The notes under the pieces: generated by a model
Told to the model about the DNA's origin: nothing
Database searches by the model: none
What the model saw: only the letters and a program-made list of their open reading frames with translations
In this document: positions 57,811 to 64,000 of the stretch, piece after piece
Layout of the letters: each line of letters begins with the position of its first letter
How positions within the stretch are numbered: position 1 is the first letter of the stretch
Made by a program: the position numbers and the translations under genes
From: a virus
Direction: 5' to 3' (one strand)
IMG/VR virus record: IMGVR_UViG_3300025879_001499
Span: 7,263 to 71,262 of that record
Length of the DNA: 64,000 nt

Positions 57811-58263
57811 TCTTTCTAATATATCTTTCTTTAAAAATACTTCAGTAGCGTATTGGATACCATCTAACTTATAAGTTCTATAAGCTGCACCCTTTGCTAC
57901 AAAATCTTTGTTGTTTCTGATGTATGAATCGTAGATTCTATTACCACCAGAATCCATTGGAGTTACAACCTCATATAAACCAACATTTTCACTATCGGTT
58001 TTATCATATTCATTTGATGCCAATCTCTTAAACCAATTAAGAAATTTTAAAGGTTCAATATTTGATAGTTTTAATGCGGAAATTTTCTTATCAAAAATAC
58101 CCGTAACAAAGATTAAAGTTTCATCTGAACCTTTTAGTGATTTTCTACCCTCATCAACATATGTGTAAGTTGAAATTTTATAAATGCCGTATGATTGGAT
58201 ATCACCTTTGGATACCCTACCACCGGTCTTAATATATTGTCTATATTGAGATGAATAATTCAT
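57799..58263 (-). CDS. Hypothetical protein
   Basis: ORF track; AYRTY motif. Confidence 0.6.
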   Translation of the reverse strand: MNYSSQYRQYIKTGGRVSKGDIQSYGIYKISTYTYVDEGRKSLKGSDETLIFVTGIFDKKISALKLSNIEPLKFLNWFKRLASNEYDKTDSENVGLYEVVTPMDSGGNRIYDSYIRNNKDFVAKGAAYRTYKLDGIQYATEVFLKKDILERYYG

Positions 58264-59564
58264 TATAGTTTGTTTAGTTTAGGAAGTTTTAATTCAGGCT
58301 GTTTATTTAACTTTGGTAAATTAAATGGTTTTTGTACAGGTGCCTTAGCAACATACTTATCCATAATTCTACCCAATTCTTTAGTCATTTTTTCCATTGT
58401 GAAGTTATTAAGAATATTGGTTTTTAAACCAGCTGAACGTTGTAGTTCTTTATCATATTCATTAAATACCTTATACATCTTATTTGCCGCATCTGAGTAG
58501 TTTACAGTAAACCATTTCGATTCTTTTAATAAGAACTTATCTGCTGCTGTTTTATCTACACTAGTCAATTGCCCTTCCAATAAAACAGTATGTTCTTTTG
58601 GTAAGAAATCAACTTGTCCACTCCAATTAGAAACCATAATAGGTTTTCCAGTTGATGCGAATTCCGCTAGAGGTCTACCATATCCTTCACCTTTAGTAAA
58701 CGATACCATTGCCTTTACCTTTGAGTGATTATACAACTGAGCCATTTCAGTATCTTTCAAATCACCATGTAATAAGTAAATTGGTGGAATATCATCACCT
58801 AATTCTTTTGTTACATTCTCAATCTTCTCTCTAACGGTCTCTCTATCGATTACCGAGAATCCGGCATGAGATGTTTTTAAGATAAGACCTGGTCTTTTAT
58901 CCTTTGGTAAGTATTTGAATACCGTAGCAAATGTTCTGATAACCATTCCTACATCCTTTCTATCTTGCCCCAATTTACCTTTCAACCAATGTCCAACAAA
59001 TAAGAAGTTGAAATCAGTTTCAATACCATCTAAAATATCGATATCCGATTTTGGATAATCTACATAAGTATCTACATCAACCCCCTCAAATAGAACCTCA
59101 ACTGGCTTTTCAGTTTTGAACGTTCTGATGATTTGTTTGGTTTGTTTATCTTGCTCTTGGAATTGAGTTTTATCAAATAATGATTTTGTAAACTGAGATG
59201 GTACAATTACCATATCCATTTTGTTTGCACCTTCGATAAACTCTTTTGGAATAACAGTTGTTTCCACACCAGCAGTAATACCGATGTTGTAGTTACCCTT
59301 TGGTTCGAATTCGTTTGCAACAGACATCTGCATAAAGATATCAGGTTTTCTATCTACCTTAGTAACTACATTCGATAACATCTTCTGTCCAAATTCAGTT
59401 GTTGGGTCTGCTTGGTTTTGTGGAGTATTTCCCCATCGAGTTGGTACAATCTTCACATCGTACTTATCTAACTCAAACAAGCTTCTCAGAATATCTCTAG
59501 CATGGTCACCATAACCACTTCGAGTAAATACTGGAGCTTGGTATACTAATAAAGGTTTATTCAT
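58263..59564 (-). CDS. GT-B glycosyltransferase (GT4-like)
   Basis: SGYG, GEGYGRPLAE, WSGQVDF. Confidence 0.85.
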   Translation of the reverse strand: MNKPLLVYQAPVFTRSGYGDHARDILRSLFELDKYDVKIVPTRWGNTPQNQADPTTEFGQKMLSNVVTKVDRKPDIFMQMSVANEFEPKGNYNIGITAGVETTVIPKEFIEGANKMDMVIVPSQFTKSLFDKTQFQEQDKQTKQIIRTFKTEKPVEVLFEGVDVDTYVDYPKSDIDILDGIETDFNFLFVGHWLKGKLGQDRKDVGMVIRTFATVFKYLPKDKRPGLILKTSHAGFSVIDRETVREKIENVTKELGDDIPPIYLLHGDLKDTEMAQLYNHSKVKAMVSFTKGEGYGRPLAEFASTGKPIMVSNWSGQVDFLPKEHTVLLEGQLTSVDKTAADKFLLKESKWFTVNYSDAANKMYKVFNEYDKELQRSAGLKTNILNNFTMEKMTKELGRIMDKYVAKAPVQKPFNLPKLNKQPELKLPKLNKL

Positions 59565-59570
59565 AACTTC

Positions 59571-59891
59571 TTATCTTTTGTATGCGGTAATATTTGTAAT
59601 TTGGTAATTTTCGTTGAAAGTGATTACATCCATAATACGGAATACATCATCTCCAATTGTAATGGTAATCTCATTGAATGTTTTATCACCAGAATGAGTG
59701 ATATTATGTACTTCCAAAGTAAAATATAAATCAAACAAAGATGCGTTTGCATTCAATACTTCTTCTTTACCACTCACTTCAATGTTCCAATCCAATAAAC
59801 TAACGTTTTGGGAATAGATGTGAGATAATCCTCTAATATCCTTACCACTAAACTTATCAAAGTATTCTTGTGTTTTTTTAATATACATCAT
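59571..59891 (-). CDS. SnoaL/NTF2-like protein
   Basis: YFDKFS.KD, L.DW, G...V, DVITF, I.AY. Confidence 0.7.
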   Translation of the reverse strand: MMYIKKTQEYFDKFSGKDIRGLSHIYSQNVSLLDWNIEVSGKEEVLNANASLFDLYFTLEVHNITHSGDKTFNEITITIGDDVFRIMDVITFNENYQITNITAYKR

Positions 59892-59892
59892 C

Positions 59893-61278
59893 CTATTTGA
59901 TTTTGAATAGTTCGTAACGTTGTCTTGGTTTCCAATTTTCAAAAGTAGATTCAATACCATTTACCAATTGTTGACACATATTTTCTTTGGTCAATCCCAT
60001 ATCTTCAATAAATGCTCTTCTACCTTCTAAACCATTTTTCTTCAACTCTTCCTTCGATTTGCTATACATCTCTTCCATAGCTGTTGCTACATCGTAGATA
60101 TCAACTTTATCATCCCAAATGTATGGTGTTGGAACGGAACCAGTGAGTGATTGTGCTCTACTCCATATCGGCCTAGCCCATTCTCCCCAAGTTACTTTAT
60201 CTTCCCAATCTCTCCATTTGTGAAGTGAACCGATTTCGATGTAATCTTCAGCGGTTAAGTACTTACCATCCAATTTGAAACCACATTGGTCTTGCAATCC
60301 ACCAGTTACATTCACAATGATTGGTGTACCAGCCATTACCGATTCTGCGGTTGTTAACCCAAATCCTTCATTACCAGCAATGTTGATTGTTACATCTCCA
60401 ATGTTGTATAGGTAATTAAGTTGTTCGGTTGATAATTTCTGAGTTGAGAATATTACATTACAATCAGGTGCTAATGTTTGAGCTACCTTTGGTAAATCCG
60501 TACCATTTTGGTCCACAGGTGTGGTGTGCATTAGAAGTGCAACCTTCTTAGCTTTTTCTTCACCAATTCTATCACAAAAATCTTTAAATGCCATAATCAC
60601 ATCCGATGGTTGTTTTCTACGGATGTTTCTATTTGACCAGAAGAATACATAATCATAATCCTTACCACCTAAGATTTTGTTTCTAAAATCAGTTGGTACA
60701 TCTACTGGTTTAAATTCAGTTGGTTCAATACCATGCGGTACATATGATACCTGCCAATCTTTGTGAGGTTTCCACGTTGGTTTATCAGTCAATGCTGTCA
60801 ATCGAGAAACGATACCATAAGTTTGACGAGAAATTGCTCCTAACCAATCACAACTTTCATAATAATTTCGATTGTATTGTGGGTCTGGTAAATCATCCCA
60901 AATTGTGTAATAAAGGATTGGACAATTCTCTCTAATTTCATGCTCCATATCATATAACCATGTCCAATAACGAGGGTCCGTAAAGTGTAGAATTGCATCG
61001 GGTTTTTCTGAATTCATAATCTGTCTTAACAAATCAGCATTACCATATCCACTCCAAGGTAGAATCTTTACACTAGCATCCTCTACACCAGTTCGTTTTT
61101 GGATATCTCCAGATAAATCCAATACCTTACCTTTATCAGGGTGATTTACAGCTGCACCCACTTGGAACCAATCGTATTTATTAATAGTTCCCATTACCAA
61201 TGATTTACTCATAGTAGCGATACCACTACTCATTCGCATATCATCGGAAAGAAGAAGAATCTTTTTCTTTTTACTCAT
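59893..61278 (-). CDS. GT-B glycosyltransferase (GT4-like)
   Basis: SGIA, VPHG, RNIRRK, NEGFGLTTAES, TGGL. Confidence 0.88.
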   Translation of the reverse strand: MSKKKKILLLSDDMRMSSGIATMSKSLVMGTINKYDWFQVGAAVNHPDKGKVLDLSGDIQKRTGVEDASVKILPWSGYGNADLLRQIMNSEKPDAILHFTDPRYWTWLYDMEHEIRENCPILYYTIWDDLPDPQYNRNYYESCDWLGAISRQTYGIVSRLTALTDKPTWKPHKDWQVSYVPHGIEPTEFKPVDVPTDFRNKILGGKDYDYVFFWSNRNIRRKQPSDVIMAFKDFCDRIGEEKAKKVALLMHTTPVDQNGTDLPKVAQTLAPDCNVIFSTQKLSTEQLNYLYNIGDVTINIAGNEGFGLTTAESVMAGTPIIVNVTGGLQDQCGFKLDGKYLTAEDYIEIGSLHKWRDWEDKVTWGEWARPIWSRAQSLTGSVPTPYIWDDKVDIYDVATAMEEMYSKSKEELKKNGLEGRRAFIEDMGLTKENMCQQLVNGIESTFENWKPRQRYELFKIK

Positions 61279-61301
61279 AACTTATTATTATAACTTTTAT
61301 C

Positions 61302-61499
61302 TTAAAATTGTGAACCTGAGATTTGTAGTTTTAGATATTCATTCATTTCTTCTCTGAAATCACCATCACTTACATATCTTTCCACAGTTCTATTTACTAA
61401 TTTTTGAAGTGTAACATCGGATTCAAATGAAACTTGTTTGAAGTTCGAATAAACACCTTTCAAAATCTTTACAGTTGTTAGCTTTGTTTCTGCTTTCAT
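61302..61499 (-). CDS. Small ribbon-helix-helix-like DNA-binding protein
   Basis: Strand LTTVKI followed by two helices. Confidence 0.5.
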   Translation of the reverse strand: MKAETKLTTVKILKGVYSNFKQVSFESDVTLQKLVNRTVERYVSDGDFREEMNEYLKLQISGSQF

Positions 61500-61568
61500 T
61501 ATATATACATTTGTGTTTGTATATAAGTATATATAACTTATATTTTTATATAAATATATATAGAATTT

Positions 61569-62438
61569 CTAAGATGGCTTCTTATCACACAATCCTCGTC
61601 TACCAAACTCACAAAATTTACAATTCTTTTGCCTTTCACCTGGCTGCTTTGGGTATTCTTTTTGTATGAATTTACCTTCATCATCAAATACATCATTTAC
61701 AAAGTTGATGAACTCATTGTAAATCTTATTTACAGTTGGTTTACCATTTGCAGGTATGTGCTTTGACATATATGGGATTGGGAATGGTGCATCTTCATAG
61801 AGTTTTCTTCTCATAATCTGATACTCCACCTTAATCTTATCCAATGGAATATTGAATAACTCAGAATAGTATTTCTTATATAGAACAATCTGAGCGTTCT
61901 TAAACTTATCAGCTTTAGCGTATTTGTTCCACCCCATTGTTGATGTTTTCAAATCAATAATGATGATTGAATTATCTGATAAATCTCTCATTACCACATC
62001 CACAAAACCGATGAATTGTACACCTTCTTTGATTTTAGCGTTTAGTGGAATTTCAATTCCTACCAACTCAAAACCAGCCTTTGTATAGAACTTATCTAAT
62101 TTCTTTTTGAACCACTCTAATATTCTCCTACCATCTCCATAGAACTCTTCTAATTCTAACTGAGTACATATTGTACCTTCACTTAACTTTTCGTTCTCTT
62201 TGATGTATTCTTTTCTCATCCAATCCAACAACAATTTATCGGTATTGATTTCCATTGCTTGTTTCTTAGAAACACCATACATTACCGAAAGGAAATGTTG
62301 GATTGTTTCGTGAATAGCCGTACCGAAAATCGTATATATGTTAGCGGATGATTCCCCTAACTTATCTATGTATCTCAACTTATATTGTTGAGGACATGAT
62401 GAATATGTTGAATATTGTGAAAAACTTACTCTTGCCAT
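61569..62438 (-). CDS. PD-(D/E)XK Cas4/RecB-like nuclease with Fe-S cysteines
   Basis: CP, GTAIH, E...GFVD, IIDLKT, Q..Y, CKFC-x6-C. Confidence 0.85.
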   Translation of the reverse strand: MARVSFSQYSTYSSCPQQYKLRYIDKLGESSANIYTIFGTAIHETIQHFLSVMYGVSKKQAMEINTDKLLLDWMRKEYIKENEKLSEGTICTQLELEEFYGDGRRILEWFKKKLDKFYTKAGFELVGIEIPLNAKIKEGVQFIGFVDVVMRDLSDNSIIIIDLKTSTMGWNKYAKADKFKNAQIVLYKKYYSELFNIPLDKIKVEYQIMRRKLYEDAPFPIPYMSKHIPANGKPTVNKIYNEFINFVNDVFDDEGKFIQKEYPKQPGERQKNCKFCEFGRRGLCDKKPS

Positions 62439-62468
62439 AATCTTTTGTTTGATATACAAATATACGAA

Positions 62469-62493
62469 AAAAGTTTGGGATTACCAAACTTTT
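62469..62493 (-). terminator. Terminator hairpin fused to a promoter
   Basis: AAAAGTTTGG-TAATC-CCAAACTTTT followed by TTCGTATATTTG. Confidence 0.7.
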
Positions 62494-62498
62494 CTCTT

Positions 62499-62948
62499 TT
62501 AAACTTTCAACTTTAACTTTTTTATTACTTTCGTTTCCGTACCATAATCTTCAGCCAATTCCTTTATCTTCTCTTTACCACTTTTAGTAGCGTATAGAAT
62601 CTTTAAGTAATCTTCAGCTTCCAACTTAGATACTTCATAATGGTTAGCCACCAATTGTACCAACCATCCTTCGTATTTATCAGCTCCCTTTGGTTTCATA
62701 TACTTCATAAAGTGTCTACCTTTTGGGAGTATATCGATTAGAGCTAAGTACAATGCTTTTGGTGGAACTTCCTGCAGATATGGCTGAATGGTTGCTATTG
62801 TTTCTACCCACTCATACTTCATAGATAGAAAACGAAACACCATATAGTTGCTCCAAGTACGTTTATCAGCCTCTTCTAACTTATCCCAATACTTTGGGTC
62901 TTGCTCATTAGTAATTGCTTTGATGTGGTCGAACAAACTCTTAGGCAT
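62499..62948 (-). CDS. Clamp loader subunit (T4 gp62-like)
   Basis: SLFD.I.AI, YMV.RFLSM, LPKGR.F.KY; two genes from the gp44-like gene. Confidence 0.75.
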   Translation of the reverse strand: MPKSLFDHIKAITNEQDPKYWDKLEEADKRTWSNYMVFRFLSMKYEWVETIATIQPYLQEVPPKALYLALIDILPKGRHFMKYMKPKGADKYEGWLVQLVANHYEVSKLEAEDYLKILYATKSGKEKIKELAEDYGTETKVIKKLKLKV

Positions 62949-63255
62949 TCTTTTCTGCGTTAATTTTATCCAACTCCATTAATGCTTTCAATTGTTCAGG
63001 CATCAACTCTTCACAAATCTCACCACAATTAGCACATAACATTACATCAATTGGAACTACTACATCTTGCGGTGTACCAGTAATCAATTTTGAAATCTTA
63101 CGAAACTTACCTGCGGTTACAAATACATCATCACCACAACTTCCACATACGATTGGTTTAGATTTACCCAAATCGATTTGAGGTTGCCCAGCTTGCGTTG
63201 GTTGTTCTGATGCTTTTTGTGGTTTATTACCACCCATTCCTACAATTTTTGCCAT
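62941..63255 (-). CDS. Zinc-ribbon protein
   Basis: CGSCG and CANCG. Confidence 0.7.
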   Translation of the reverse strand: MAKIVGMGGNKPQKASEQPTQAGQPQIDLGKSKPIVCGSCGDDVFVTAGKFRKISKLITGTPQDVVVPIDVMLCANCGEICEELMPEQLKALMELDKINAEKNA

Positions 63256-63256
63256 C

Positions 63257-64000
63257 TTAAATTAAGTTTAGAATTTCTATTAGTGTTGCTGCCATTGGAA
63301 TCTCTTTATCAATAGCGTTAAAGTGTTTACTCTGTCCTTCGGATAATGCGATGATTACATTTGCTGTGTTTGATGGAGCGTACTCATCTACCTTCTCATA
63401 CAATAGAGTGAATAATTCTGAGAAATCAGTTACTCTACTATTAATAATAGTTTGCCTCATATTGGTATATTTGTTTCTCTTATCATCCGATGATTTAAGA
63501 ATATCCAACACTTTCGTTTTGTAATCATTCTCCAATAGGTTCTGAGTATCTACTTGTAACTTACCTTTAACGGAGTTCATTTGACAAGTATTGATAATCT
63601 TACGAATATCAGGATATCCAGCATCAATAATTGGAACTAACTCCTTTGGTTCGAATGATACACCTTCTGCTCCCAAAATCTTTGAGATTTGAACAGCTAC
63701 ATCCTTCTTAGTTGGAGGTATGATTTGGAATGATTGACAACGAGATTGAATCGGGTCAATTACCTTCTCAACATAATTACAAGTCAAAATGAATCTACAA
63801 TGTTGTGAGAATGTCTCCATCAAATTACGAAGAATCGCTTGTGCGTTTGGAGACATGTAATCAAACTCATCTAAGATAATAATCTTCCACTTTTTGAATC
63901 CCATTGAGGATGCGAAGTTCTTTACCTTATTACGGACTGTATCTACGTTATTCTCATCAGATGCGTTGATTACCATATAATCACAATCAACTGATTTTAC
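63257..64000 (-). CDS. Clamp loader ATPase (T4 gp44/RFC small subunit), 5' end beyond window
   Basis: INASDE, ILDEFD, AQAILR, FILTCNY, IQSRC, PDIR. Confidence 0.93.
   Translation of the reverse strand, partial: VKSVDCDYMVINASDENNVDTVRNKVKNFASSMGFKKWKIIILDEFDYMSPNAQAILRNLMETFSQHCRFILTCNYVEKVIDPIQSRCQSFQIIPPTKKDVAVQISKILGAEGVSFEPKELVPIIDAGYPDIRKIINTCQMNSVKGKLQVDTQNLLENDYKTKVLDILKSSDDKRNKYTNMRQTIINSRVTDFSELFTLLYEKVDEYAPSNTANVIIALSEGQSKHFNAIDKEIPMAATLIEILNLI

Noticed and set aside
726-61669. All plus-strand ORFs in the track, and nested alternative-frame minus ORFs (10086, 30187, 34385, 35450, 54355)
   Set aside because: They are shadows of motif-bearing minus-strand genes and have no recognisable motifs or promoters.
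63257-64000. Archaeal or NCLDV origin suggested by the RFC-like gene
   Set aside because: The gp62-like partner, bacterial GroEL/ES, intrinsic terminators, overlapping operons and Bacteroidetes promoters fit a bacteriophage.

Overview
A 64 kb segment of a large AT-rich dsDNA phage, probably a jumbo or T4-related virus. Essentially all credible genes are on the minus strand and use the standard genetic code. Bacteroidetes-type promoters (TTG-N~20-TAnnTTTG), A-rich ribosome-binding regions without a Shine-Dalgarno sequence, and a DUF4494-like gene point to a Bacteroidota host (inference). Gene content: clamp-loader subunits, a Cas4-like nuclease, groES/groEL, thyA, about 20 glycan synthesis or modification genes, a CysC/HxGH nucleotidyltransferase module, heme oxygenase plus a PcyA-like bilin reductase, a MoxR AAA+/vWA pair, a DNA methyltransferase, a secreted nuclease, a subtilase, a tail-fibre-like protein and three HNH genes. 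Most notable observations: (1) a putative protease-processed polyprotein built from modules joined by an in-frame 15-bp repeat encoding ESVNE, set among 'MIKL..E'-leader proteins; (2) an HNH gene whose promoter region carries a synonymously coded copy of the conserved motif of the neighbouring thioesterase gene; (3) bilin synthesis genes in a phage of a probably non-photosynthetic host; (4) a nine-copy promoter/leader cassette with covarying hairpins; (5) short direct repeats at gene junctions. All annotations come from reading motifs by eye; no database searches were run.
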